DNA of 60,880 nt, from NCBI GenBank assembly GCA_003599425.1, contig QZKC01000052.1:1-60880 (forward strand). The letters are read 5' to 3'. Positions 9,366 to 18,615 of the stretch are shown piece by piece; within the stretch, counting starts at the first letter, position 1; each line of letters opens with the position of its first letter. The translations under genes and the position numbers were made by a program. The notes under the pieces were generated by a model. The model saw nothing but the letters and a program-made list of their open reading frames with translations. It had not been told where the DNA came from and did no database searches. The DNA comes from Nitrospiraceae bacterium. GTDB taxonomy: Bacteria > Nitrospirota > Thermodesulfovibrionia > UBA6902.

Positions 9366-10481
9366 ATGTATACCGCACAGGATACGATCTTCCCATACTT
9401 ACTGAAAGAATACCTGATCTATTTTATCGGATTTCTTACTGTTACCGTGCTGGCCCTTTTTTTGACCCTCATCGTTCACAAACTACATACTGAAAAAAAG
9501 GAAAGGAAGAAACGGAGATTTACTGCAGAATACAAGTCCGCTGTCTCTCAACATGTAAACTTTTATGCCCCGCTGGCTGTGTCACCTGAAAACGATCTGC
9601 AGTTCAAGGCCTTTGCAGATGTTTGCGTCGACATGCTTGCAGGCGCTTCACCGTCAGAAGCTGAGAAAATAAAGTCTCTTCTGAAAGAGCTCCAGGTAGT
9701 GGACCATTTCAAGAGAGTTGCAGCTTCCGCATCATGGACCAAAAGGTTTTACGCAGTAGAAATACTTGGGTTCTTCATGATCGATGACCTGAAGGGATTT
9801 TTCAGAGAAGTTCTCATCAGGGACAGCAGCCGGGAAGTGAGATCAAGGGCTTTATGGGCGTTGAGCCTTATCGCGGATAAAGAGGATATTGAACTTATCA
9901 CCCGGCTTCTTGCAACAGATATCTCAAATTCTTCAAAGTTCAATGTGTATATCTATTCGAACGTAATCAGTTCATGCAGGAAGCGGGGAATACAGGACTC
10001 TGTGACAGATTTTATAAAGGGCATGAAAGAAGATCAGGCTATGCCTATCATTCTTAAAAGAGATTTGATCGAGGCGTGCGGGGTTTCGGGACTTAAAGAA
10101 GCCGCTGGTTTGATCATCGGTTATTTTTCCTCACATCAGCATGATTCCCTCATGAAGATCGCCTGCCTTCGGGGGTTAGGCGCACTCGGCAGCCTGAATG
10201 CTGGGATCATAATGAACAACCTTACTGACAAAGACTGGAGGGTCCGCGCAGTTGCTGCAAAGGCTTCACATACGCCTGAGGATACCGTCATATCAGAATT
10301 ACAGAAACTGCTCTATGATCCTGTTTATATCGTAAGAATAAATTCAGCGAGGGCCCTGTCCAGATCAGGAACAAAAGGTTCATTGATACTCGAAAGAGAA
10401 CGGAATTCAGAGGACAGATTCGTGAGGGATACGGCGCGTTTTATACTGGAAGAGGCGGAGGGCAGATGTTTGAAAGTGTAA
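9366..10481 (+). CDS. Membrane-anchored HEAT-repeat protein
   Basis: N-terminal TM helix; repeats EVRSRALWAL, DWRVRAVAAKA, YIVRINSARAL. Confidence 0.8.
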   Translation: MYTAQDTIFPYLLKEYLIYFIGFLTVTVLALFLTLIVHKLHTEKKERKKRRFTAEYKSAVSQHVNFYAPLAVSPENDLQFKAFADVCVDMLAGASPSEAEKIKSLLKELQVVDHFKRVAASASWTKRFYAVEILGFFMIDDLKGFFREVLIRDSSREVRSRALWALSLIADKEDIELITRLLATDISNSSKFNVYIYSNVISSCRKRGIQDSVTDFIKGMKEDQAMPIILKRDLIEACGVSGLKEAAGLIIGYFSSHQHDSLMKIACLRGLGALGSLNAGIIMNNLTDKDWRVRAVAAKASHTPEDTVISELQKLLYDPVYIVRINSARALSRSGTKGSLILERERNSEDRFVRDTARFILEEAEGRCLKV

Positions 10482-11884
10482 CTGCTTTTTTATGGTATTT
10501 CCAGATCGTGATACTCATATATTTTGTCATAGCCAATGGCACATACACTCTCTTTACACTGCTCTCGCTCAGAGACATCACTAAATATGCCTCCATCGTA
10601 ACGCGCCATAACATAAACACCCTTTTGTCGGGTGTGTTCTATAAGCCGTTATCCATAATTGTCCCCGCATATAATGAGGAAGCTACAATAGCAACAAGCA
10701 TAACATCGCTCCTTTCGCTCCAATACCCGGAATATGAGGTCATCGTTGTCAATGACGGGTCCACGGACGATACAATGGCTAAACTGATAGAGACTTTCAA
10801 GCTTGTAAAAATTGACAGGGTAACAAGGCTGAATTTAATTCACAAACCTGTCCGTGAGATTTATGTCTCTCTCAATTACCCGAATCTCCTCATCTTGAAC
10901 AAGGAAAGGGGAGGAAAGGCTGACGCGCTGAATGCCGGGATCAATGCCTCAACTTTTCCGCTCTTCTGCAGTATTGACGCCGACTCCCTGCTCGAGAATG
11001 AAGCCCTTTTGAGGGCAGCACGTCTTTTTGTCGAAGATAAAAGGGTTATCGCCACCGGTGGTATTGTGAGGGTACTGAACGGTTCGAGGATCGAAAACGG
11101 GGCAGTGACTGAAATACTTGCACCAAAAAAGATGATCGAATGCTTCCAGGCCGTGGAATACATAAAAGGTTTCCTGTCGGGCAGGACCGCGTGGAATTAT
11201 TTCGGAAGCCTCCTCATTATATCAGGTGCTTTTGGGATCTTCAGGAAAGACGTAGTGCTTGCGATAAAAGGATACAGGGAAACGGTCGGAGAAGATATGG
11301 ACCTCGTGGTAAGGCTCCACAAACACTGCCGCGAACAGAAGATCCCATATAAGATTATGTTTGTTCCTGATCCCATATGTTTTACGCAGGTACCGTCTGA
11401 CATGAAATCACTCCTGGACCAGCGGAACCGATGGCACCGGGGGCTGATAGACAGTCTGTTATACAGTAAAAAGATGTTCCTGAACCCCAGATACGGTGCA
11501 GTCGGCATATTAGGATATCTGTATTTCTGCCTTCTGGAGGGACTGGGCCCTATAGTGGAATTTTTAGGGTATGTCGGATTTATTCTGTTTTTCCTCTTCG
11601 GCTATATAAACAGTGATTTTGCGCTGCTGTTTTTTGTGGTGGCAGTGCTCTGGGGCATGTGGATAAATATCGGTTCTGTGCTGCTGGATGACATCCTGTA
11701 TAAACGGTATAAGCAAGTGAAGGACCTTACGAAACTGTGCCTGTACGGATTTTTCGAGATGCTCGGATACAGGCAGATCATAACCATTGAACGCATGCTT
11801 GCCACGTTTATGTTCTGGAGGAAGAGCTGGGGCAAGGCCAAACGTCAAAAGTTAAGGATGAACGAAACCCATGGGCATACTTAA
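10466..11884 (+). CDS. Processive GT2 glycosyltransferase (PgaC/IcaA/BcsA-like synthase)
   Basis: VPAYNE, VNDGS, GGKADALN, IDAD, GEDMD, QRNRW motifs; TM helices at both termini. Confidence 0.9.
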   Translation: MFESVTAFLWYFQIVILIYFVIANGTYTLFTLLSLRDITKYASIVTRHNINTLLSGVFYKPLSIIVPAYNEEATIATSITSLLSLQYPEYEVIVVNDGSTDDTMAKLIETFKLVKIDRVTRLNLIHKPVREIYVSLNYPNLLILNKERGGKADALNAGINASTFPLFCSIDADSLLENEALLRAARLFVEDKRVIATGGIVRVLNGSRIENGAVTEILAPKKMIECFQAVEYIKGFLSGRTAWNYFGSLLIISGAFGIFRKDVVLAIKGYRETVGEDMDLVVRLHKHCREQKIPYKIMFVPDPICFTQVPSDMKSLLDQRNRWHRGLIDSLLYSKKMFLNPRYGAVGILGYLYFCLLEGLGPIVEFLGYVGFILFFLFGYINSDFALLFFVVAVLWGMWINIGSVLLDDILYKRYKQVKDLTKLCLYGFFEMLGYRQIITIERMLATFMFWRKSWGKAKRQKLRMNETHGHT

Positions 11885-12392
11885 AAAAATATTTTATCTC
11901 TTGCCGAGGCTTATACTTTTTTCCATCTTTGGAGTCTATGCAGTCTTTGCGCTCCTGTCATATTTTGATTATATCGAGCGGTTCCTGTTCCCTCTCCATT
12001 TTATCCAGGGAGAAGTTCAGAAACTCGATGATAATATCCTCCTCGGCCCCTATCCTCACTTTGACGAACTCAAGAAACTGCAAAAGGAGACCGGAATCAA
12101 CACTGTCATCAGCCTGCTGAACGACAGCCTGCCGCAGGAAAAGGCCCTTCTCAACCGGGAAAGAAAAATAGCAGAGAGACTGGGGATAGACCTCTACAGT
12201 TATCCCATGACGTACTTCAATTTAAACGGGACGCATAACCGCCGCAATGCCGAAGAGATCAGCGCTCTGGTCAGGAAAATAAATGGGAGCAAGATATATA
12301 TCCACTGCTATCTCGGCAGGCACAGGGTAAATTTTGTCAGAGACAATCTGATAAAGGCGGGGCTGGGACGTGAAGTTTCGGCTCACAATTGA
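11871..12392 (+). CDS. Membrane-anchored dual-specificity/PTP-fold phosphatase
   Basis: HCYLGRHR CX5R P-loop; GINTVISLL; N-terminal TM helix; overlaps the GT2 stop. Confidence 0.75.
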   Translation: MGILKKIFYLLPRLILFSIFGVYAVFALLSYFDYIERFLFPLHFIQGEVQKLDDNILLGPYPHFDELKKLQKETGINTVISLLNDSLPQEKALLNRERKIAERLGIDLYSYPMTYFNLNGTHNRRNAEEISALVRKINGSKIYIHCYLGRHRVNFVRDNLIKAGLGREVSAHN

Positions 12393-12406
12393 CTATACTG
12401 CCTCTT

Positions 12407-12484
12407 TTATTTCACAGAAGCAAAATTGTGTATAGCGAGTATAATTGCAAAAATAATTCCTGCTGATACTGATATGAAGATCAT
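12407..12484 (-). CDS. Possible 25-aa hydrophobic peptide
   Basis: MIFISVSAGIIFAIILAIHNFASVK*; GAGGGGG RBS; ATGA overlap with the upstream remnant. Confidence 0.25.
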   Translation of the reverse strand: MIFISVSAGIIFAIILAIHNFASVK

Positions 12485-12650
12485 GTTGTTCCCCCTCGTG
12501 GTCTGTCTTCTCTTTCAGGAGAAGTTTCCAGATGGCAGTGAATACACCTCAGGTTACATTTATAACCAACATTTACCTGAAGGCAGAGACATCTTTAGCT
12601 GTAAGAGGGTAGTGTCCGGTTTCCTTGAGTTTTTGATCAAAGGTATTCAT
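12481..12650 (-). pseudogene. arsS: Frameshifted, truncated ArsS-like radical SAM gene
   Basis: MNTFDQKLKETGHYPLTAKDVSA, then a 1-nt deletion, then LQVNVGYKCNLRCIHCHLETSPERE with the CxxxCxxC motif. Confidence 0.7.
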
Positions 12651-12802
12651 GGGAATTCAATATACTGCAGTTACTGAATGCAAATTTTATGCTTTGTAGA
12701 ATATTGAAATAATCTTTTAAGAATCAGATGAATAATGAAAAGCTGCCTGAAGTAAACTGATCAATAGCTGAGCATTCTGCTCACTCTTTGAACAGGGGGA
12801 TA

Positions 12803-13576
12803 TTATTTCTGAGTTATGAGCAGTCTCTTGATAGGTTTGGGGATCGGCAGCAGGACAAGGTCCTGTCTGCATATCTCCGGCTTGTAAGATTCGTAGTCAA
12901 GTATCCCCAATTTTTTCTCAAGCATCTGCGAAGCTATCGAGAGGAGATAGCAGGATATCCAGAATCCTATTGCCATACAGATATATGCTGCATAGATCCT
13001 GTTGGGCTGACGCTGGCTTATGATGACGCCTGTCCGTGTCATGTCTACGATGCCGACGATATAAACAATAGATGTGCTCTTGTACAGAGAGTTGAAAAAG
13101 CTGACAAACGATGGGAGCATCTTTTTGAAGGCCTGGGGCAAAATGACGAGTTTTACCGCCTGGTAGCGCGTCATGCCTGTTGACAGTGCGGCCTCCATCT
13201 GTCCGAACGGAACTGCCAATATGCCGGCCCTGACTATTTCCGCCTGGTAGGCGGATGCATATACTGAAAGGGAAATGATAGCGCACCAGAAGAGCGGTAT
13301 CCGTGCGCCAACAACAGGAAGGAAGAAATAAAACCAGAAAAGAAGCAGCAGCAGAGGAGTTGATCTGATCACATCGACATAAAGGCCGCAGGGGTACCGC
13401 AGATATCTCCTGCAAGACGTCCGGCCCAGCCCGAACAGAATACCAAAGAACAGTCCGATCACAATGGAGAGCACCGCAAGGATAATGTTCATGGACAACC
13501 CTGTCAGCGGGCCGTTCGGGTATGCGCCGATAAGGTAATATCTCCAGTTGCCAAGTTGTTCGATCAGGAATTCCAT
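12803..13576 (-). CDS. Polar amino acid ABC transporter permease
   Basis: RSTPLLL, SAYQAEIVRAGI..GQMEAA EAA loop. Confidence 0.92.
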   Translation of the reverse strand: MEFLIEQLGNWRYYLIGAYPNGPLTGLSMNIILAVLSIVIGLFFGILFGLGRTSCRRYLRYPCGLYVDVIRSTPLLLLLFWFYFFLPVVGARIPLFWCAIISLSVYASAYQAEIVRAGILAVPFGQMEAALSTGMTRYQAVKLVILPQAFKKMLPSFVSFFNSLYKSTSIVYIVGIVDMTRTGVIISQRQPNRIYAAYICMAIGFWISCYLLSIASQMLEKKLGILDYESYKPEICRQDLVLLPIPKPIKRLLITQK

Positions 13577-13577
13577 A

Positions 13578-14315
13578 TTATGTCCTCATTTGAGTGATAC
13601 TGGTAACATCGATATTCAGCCACCTCTCAAGGCGGATCATAAGCACTGCAAGGGTGAGGGACAGGCCGATATAAAAACCCGTTGCGAGAAGCGTAACTTC
13701 AAGGCCGCGAAACGTGATAGACTCCACCTGCTGTGTGGCCCATGTCAGTTCAGGGGCTGCTATGGCCATGCAGAGAGAGCTGTTTTTGAAATTATGGATC
13801 ATACGCGTTCCCAGAGGAGGGAGCACGGTCCTGAATGCCATAGGAAGGATTATGTACCGTATCTGCTGAAACCTGTTGAGGCCGGTAGATACCGCTGCCT
13901 CAATATGGCCTCTCGGTACACTGAGGATACCTGTCCTTACAATGTCTGAGACATATGCGGAATTATCAATAGTAAGCCCCAGTATTCCTGCTACGACCGA
14001 ATAATACGTATATTGATTTAATGTTTCGGTGAGGCCGAAAGGGAGCATCTGAGGAAAAACAAAATAGAAGAATAAAAGCCAGAACAGCCCGGGGATGTTT
14101 CGCACGGTCTCCACATACATTCTGGCGGGCAAGTTAAGGAATTTGAAGCGCGAGGTGCGCATGATGGCAAGGATGGTCCCGGCGATGAGGGATAGAGCAG
14201 TCGTCACTATGGCGATCAGGAAGGTAAGCTTTACGCCGGTTATCAGCCAGCCTGCAAAGGGTTCTCTGAACGGAATGCTCCAGTCGAAGTCATATCGGAG
14301 GTTCAGGATCTTCAT
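13578..14315 (-). CDS. Polar amino acid ABC transporter permease
   Basis: YVETVRNIP, SAYVSDIVRTGI..GHIEAA, FKNSSL. Confidence 0.92.
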   Translation of the reverse strand: MKILNLRYDFDWSIPFREPFAGWLITGVKLTFLIAIVTTALSLIAGTILAIMRTSRFKFLNLPARMYVETVRNIPGLFWLLFFYFVFPQMLPFGLTETLNQYTYYSVVAGILGLTIDNSAYVSDIVRTGILSVPRGHIEAAVSTGLNRFQQIRYIILPMAFRTVLPPLGTRMIHNFKNSSLCMAIAAPELTWATQQVESITFRGLEVTLLATGFYIGLSLTLAVLMIRLERWLNIDVTSITQMRT

Positions 14316-14422
14316 TTGTTAAGTTTCAATTCAAGAATCCAAAAAGTCAGGTGATAGAAATTGGCTGTTGGTTTTTAAAGATATAAAATATTACCCTGAC
14401 AACGGTATGAAATGCAAATCAT

Positions 14423-14454
14423 AAACGGCACGGACCTTTTGTTCCGTGCCGTTT
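14423..14454 (-). terminator. Stem-loop after the binding-protein gene (terminator or mRNA stabiliser)
   Basis: 12-bp perfect stem AAACGGCACGGA/TCCGTGCCGTTT with an 8-nt loop. Confidence 0.6.
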
Positions 14455-14501
14455 GTCTGTAAAGTCTGTACGGGCATATTGCAATACGCCCTTACTCAAT
14501 C

Positions 14502-15368
14502 TCAATCAGGCCATATGTAAAGCATATCGCCGAAAGTATCCTTCGGCAATCTTGGCCGTGCATTTATCGGGAGGGGAGAAATACCCTTCGGGCCGAACCA
14601 TTTCTGGTAAATTTTTTCATATGATCCGTCTTTGAGTATATCCTGGAGGACAAAGCTTACTTTGTCTCTCCATTTGCTGTCATCAGGCGGTACGCCGATG
14701 CCATAAAGGCCCGGGCTCCATATTGCGCCGCCGACTGCTTCATATTCCTCGCCAAGGCTGCCTGCTACTGCAGCCAATATCTGTGCGTCCTGTGAATATG
14801 AGTCGATCTTGCCCTGTTTCAACGCAAGAAATCCTTCCGCACTGTTCTGGAAAGAAAGCATTTCCGGTTTCTTGTCCGTGTACTTGGCAATCTCCTGCGG
14901 AGCCGCAATGAATGCATTGGACCCCTGATCAACTCCTATCTTCTTCCCGCCAAGGTCTTTTATTGATTTGAATTTGCCTTTTTTGGAATAAAATATCTTG
15001 CCTGTCCAGAAATACGGCGGCTCAGCATAATCCATCTGCTCATCGCGGCTTCTGGTATGGCTTATGTTTGCAAGGGAAATGTCGATCGACCTGTTCGCAA
15101 GAAACGCGATCCTTGTTTTATTGTCTACAAGAACCCTTTCTACTTTTACTCCAAGTTTTTCTGCTATCACAGTTCCGAGGTCCACATCAAATCCGACCCA
15201 TTCACCTTTGTCATCGATATAATTCATGGGTGGGGTCGCATTTCCATGCCCTATGCGCACGGTGCCCCTCTTTGTCACTTCATTGAGGAGGCTTTCTCCT
15301 GCCGCATATGAAATAAGCGACATGAGAAAAAGTACAGATAACAGCGCTACCAAACAACTTTTTTTCAT
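14502..15368 (-). CDS. Amino acid ABC transporter substrate-binding protein (SBP family 3)
   Basis: Signal peptide; GFDVDLG, SRDEQMDY, DGSYEKIYQKWFG; AAGGAG RBS. Confidence 0.92.
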   Translation of the reverse strand: MKKSCLVALLSVLFLMSLISYAAGESLLNEVTKRGTVRIGHGNATPPMNYIDDKGEWVGFDVDLGTVIAEKLGVKVERVLVDNKTRIAFLANRSIDISLANISHTRSRDEQMDYAEPPYFWTGKIFYSKKGKFKSIKDLGGKKIGVDQGSNAFIAAPQEIAKYTDKKPEMLSFQNSAEGFLALKQGKIDSYSQDAQILAAVAGSLGEEYEAVGGAIWSPGLYGIGVPPDDSKWRDKVSFVLQDILKDGSYEKIYQKWFGPKGISPLPINARPRLPKDTFGDMLYIWPD

Positions 15369-15481
15369 TCTACTGCTCCTTTCGTTTTGAGGCCTTGATT
15401 AAAGGCTTAAAATAAGCCTGGTGAGAGAATATATGAGTTGGAAAACAGAGAGTCATCATATGGAATCAGCAAACTGTACAC

Positions 15482-15498
15482 TGCAATGTTGATGCCAA
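15482..15498 (-). promoter_or_regulatory. sigma54 (-24/-12) promoter of the ABC operon
   Basis: Minus strand TTGGCATCAACATTGCA = GG-N10-GC; lies just downstream of a bEBP gene. Confidence 0.75.
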
Positions 15499-15556
15499 TC
15501 GCGTTTTTTTGAATTTAAATGAAAATTTTGTATGCGGATGGTTCAGAGCTGTGCAG

Positions 15557-15579
15557 AAACTGAACATTATGTTCAGTTT
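15557..15579. promoter_or_regulatory. Palindrome, candidate upstream activator site
   Basis: AAACTGAACA-tta-TGTTCAGTTT, about 60-80 bp upstream of the -24 element. Confidence 0.4.
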
Positions 15580-16979
15580 TCGTGCAGTTTGTCGTCACTG
15601 CCCCTGCTCATTTTTTCCCGGAGTGTATTCCTTGAGATGCCGAGTAGCTTGGCTGCAAGGGCCTGATTGTTGTTCGTTAACGCAAGCGCCCTCTTGACCA
15701 GCAGGTATTCAAAGCCGGCAACTGCTTCTTTATATATATCAGCACCTCCCCTTTGCAGGATCTCATTAACTATACCGGCAAGATTTTTCTCCATATCGTC
15801 AGCACTTGTCTCTGAAAAGCGCTTCTGAGAGATCCATTCGCAGTCTTTGGCTGAAAGAATATTTTCCCTGCACATAACCATTCCCCGCTGAATTATGTTT
15901 TCAAGCTCTCTCACATTTCCGGGCCAGTCATAGTTCATAAATTCATTCAGCAGCGCAGGGTCTATCCCCTGGACCTCTTTACCTAATTCCCGGTTATAGG
16001 TGCGGATAAAATAATATATCAGGTCTTTGATATCGTCTTTTCTTTCCCTGAGAGGGGGTACAGTGACGCTGACAACGTTCAGGCGCCAGTAAAGGTCGTC
16101 CCTGAATCTCCCTGCGCTGATGAGTGATTCGAGGTTTTTATTTGTTGCTGCAATAACTCTCACATCTGTTTTAATGAGCTCGCTGCTGCCAAGACGCTGG
16201 GAAGAGCCGTCCTGAAGGACTCTGAGCATCTTTGCCTGAAGTGACATCGGCATGTCTCCTATTTCATCAAGGAACATCGTACCTCTGTCACACTGCTCAA
16301 ATTTCCCGATCTTTTTATTATCAGCTCCGGTAAATGCCCCTTTTTCATGTCCAAAGAGTTCGCTCTCAAGGAGTGTCTCCGGTATTGCAGCGCAGTTCAC
16401 GGGGAGAAATGGTTTGTTCACCCGATCACTGTGTTGATAGATCGCCCGCGCAATGAGTTCCTTCCCTGTGCCGGTCTCGCCGCGCAGGAGCACGGTCATG
16501 GCGCTTGCAGCGATCTGTCCGATCTTCTTGAATATCTCAAGCATGGCAGGACTGTTTCCGATGATCCGCTCTGTCTCATCCCCGCTGGTCTGTTCAAATG
16601 TCACGGGTGAGCTCATTTTCCCCGTCAGGATGGCTTTTTCAACGAGAGATAAAAGCATATCGTTATCAACAGGTTTTGTTATGTAATCATAGGCCCCAAA
16701 CTTCATCGCGGTGATCGCCTTTTCAGAAGTGGAGAAGGCTGTCATGATGACCACAGTGAGGAGAGGCTCCAGAGATTTAAGCTGCTTAAGGGTTTCGATA
16801 CCGTCCATCCCGGGCATGTTAACATCCATGATGACGAGCGAAGGATGCTCTCTGTCCACTTTTTCAAGGGCCTCTTCACCGCTTGAGGCAGTGGTTACAC
16901 TATAATCCTGTCTTCCGAGGACTTTTTTGAATGAGTGCAGTATGCCTGGCTCGTCATCTACTACAAGGATTTTGTCCAT
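15573..16979 (-). CDS. sigma54-dependent response regulator (NtrC/AtoC family)
   Basis: REC domain, GETGTGKE, GAFTGA, WPGNVREL, Fis-type HTH. Confidence 0.95.
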   Translation of the reverse strand: MDKILVVDDEPGILHSFKKVLGRQDYSVTTASSGEEALEKVDREHPSLVIMDVNMPGMDGIETLKQLKSLEPLLTVVIMTAFSTSEKAITAMKFGAYDYITKPVDNDMLLSLVEKAILTGKMSSPVTFEQTSGDETERIIGNSPAMLEIFKKIGQIAASAMTVLLRGETGTGKELIARAIYQHSDRVNKPFLPVNCAAIPETLLESELFGHEKGAFTGADNKKIGKFEQCDRGTMFLDEIGDMPMSLQAKMLRVLQDGSSQRLGSSELIKTDVRVIAATNKNLESLISAGRFRDDLYWRLNVVSVTVPPLRERKDDIKDLIYYFIRTYNRELGKEVQGIDPALLNEFMNYDWPGNVRELENIIQRGMVMCRENILSAKDCEWISQKRFSETSADDMEKNLAGIVNEILQRGGADIYKEAVAGFEYLLVKRALALTNNNQALAAKLLGISRNTLREKMSRGSDDKLHEN

Positions 16980-17023
16980 TTTCTCTCTAACTCAGACATT
17001 AAAATATTAAGATGTTTATATCT

Positions 17024-17188
17024 CACAAAGGTAAGGCTATCTCAGGATTTCTCTAATCGACAAAAATCATTTTAAATTTTTGCTGCTGCGCAATTCTTGT
17101 CTTTGTTATTTTCTAAACTCCTAACTCCAAACTCTTAACTCGTTTTTAGCGGTGTCGTATAGAAATCTTCGCCAGCCTTACCTTTGTG
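17024..17188. repeat. Long hairpin intergenic element, copy A
   Basis: Arms CACAAAGGTAAGGCT..ATTTCTCTAATCGACA / TGTCGTATAGAAAT..AGCCTTACCTTTGTG; homologous to copies B-D. Confidence 0.85.
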
Positions 17189-17217
17189 CCAGTAGTCCTT
17201 CTTGTTATTATCATCAT

Positions 17218-18615
17218 TTATGTTTCCCCTACCGGCAACTTAACAGTAAACACAGTTCCAGCGCCTTCGTTGCTGTGAAAGAATATCTTTCCGCCATGTG
17301 ATTTCACGATATTATATACGATTGACAGCCCGAGTCCTGTGCCGTTTTCTTTTGTGGTGAAAAAAGGCTCGAAAACCTTTGAACGGATGTCAGGTGATAT
17401 TCCGCTGCCTTTGTCCCAGATCATGACCTCGACAAATCTGTCATCTGTCTTGCCTGAGATTCTTATTTCTCCTCCATCAGGCATTGCCTGCACGGCATTC
17501 AGGATCAGGTTAAGAAATACATGTTCAAGGAGCGCCCGGTCCGCCTTGATCGTTGGGAGTGTATCGATCATGTCCTGCTGAACTGTTATGCCGCTGTTCC
17601 TGATATCAAAAGAGGCGAGTGTCAGGACACGCTCTATGAGCGAGTGTATATTGGTATCCGAGGCCTGGAAGGATTTCTGTTTTATAAATCCGGTAAATCT
17701 CGTGATTATCGTATCGATCTTTTCTATTTCCCTGCTGATGATCTCGGCATCCTCTTTTGTCATATCCGGCTGATCTTTGAAGGCCTGGAAAAGCATCTTG
17801 AGGGTAGTCATGGGATTTTTCAGTTCATGTGCAAGGCCGGACGATATCTGCCCGATCGTCGAGAGCTTTTCCGCTTCAAGAAGATGAGTATAGGTATAGG
17901 CTTCCTCCATCTTCTCGCTGACTCTCTTGAGCTCCATTGAAAGCCTGTTGAAGTTGCGCGCCAGGTATCCTAGCTCATCTCCGTAAGGGACATCCACCCT
18001 TTTCCCGAATTCCCCTCTGCCGAGCACTTTAGTGAACTCTACAAATTTATTCAGGGGCTCAGTGAGGAGGCGGCTGAAAATAAATGAGACGATCACTCCC
18101 AAAAGTGTAACAAGCAATATTATCGGAACAGTTATTTTTCTTACCTCAGCGATGGTCTGCTTCAGATCGTCCTCTCTGATCCCAAGGTGAAGTTCAGCAT
18201 GTGTTCCGGCAAAAATCTTTATCCCGACATCCCTGATATACCCTTTCTCGGTGTCCAGAAGCTGGATGTTTTTAGTAATGTCATGGAGCGGATTCCATGT
18301 AAGGATATCAGGAGGGATCTCATTTTTGAATGTATGCGCAATGAGATTTCCTTCTTCATCCGTGACAAAGATATATTCCACGTCGTTTTCCTTGCCCAGA
18401 ACCTCGGTGAGGTCATTTGTTGCCTGAAAATAATCTTTCCGGATAACATGATCTGCCACCCGGTCTGAAAGATTTCCCGCAATAGAGACCGCCCTTTTTT
18501 CCAGCTCTTCCCTGAAGGCGCTGATAATTACACCTCTTATAGCGAGGAGCGTGAAAAAGACAACGCTTACCGCCATCACTGTCGTAAGGAGAGTTATCCT
18601 GGTACGCAGTTTCAT
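17218..18615 (-). CDS. HAMP-domain sensor histidine kinase
   Basis: Two TM helices, HAMP, AHELKNP H-box, [19 protein letters not shown]. Confidence 0.93.
   Translation of the reverse strand: MKLRTRITLLTTVMAVSVVFFTLLAIRGVIISAFREELEKRAVSIAGNLSDRVADHVIRKDYFQATNDLTEVLGKENDVEYIFVTDEEGNLIAHTFKNEIPPDILTWNPLHDITKNIQLLDTEKGYIRDVGIKIFAGTHAELHLGIREDDLKQTIAEVRKITVPIILLVTLLGVIVSFIFSRLLTEPLNKFVEFTKVLGRGEFGKRVDVPYGDELGYLARNFNRLSMELKRVSEKMEEAYTYTHLLEAEKLSTIGQISSGLAHELKNPMTTLKMLFQAFKDQPDMTKEDAEIISREIEKIDTIITRFTGFIKQKSFQASDTNIHSLIERVLTLASFDIRNSGITVQQDMIDTLPTIKADRALLEHVFLNLILNAVQAMPDGGEIRISGKTDDRFVEVMIWDKGSGISPDIRSKVFEPFFTTKENGTGLGLSIVYNIVKSHGGKIFFHSNEGAGTVFTVKLPVGET

Noticed and set aside
12426-12677. 83-aa plus-strand ORF
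   Set aside because: Better explained by the arsS-like remnant on the minus strand.
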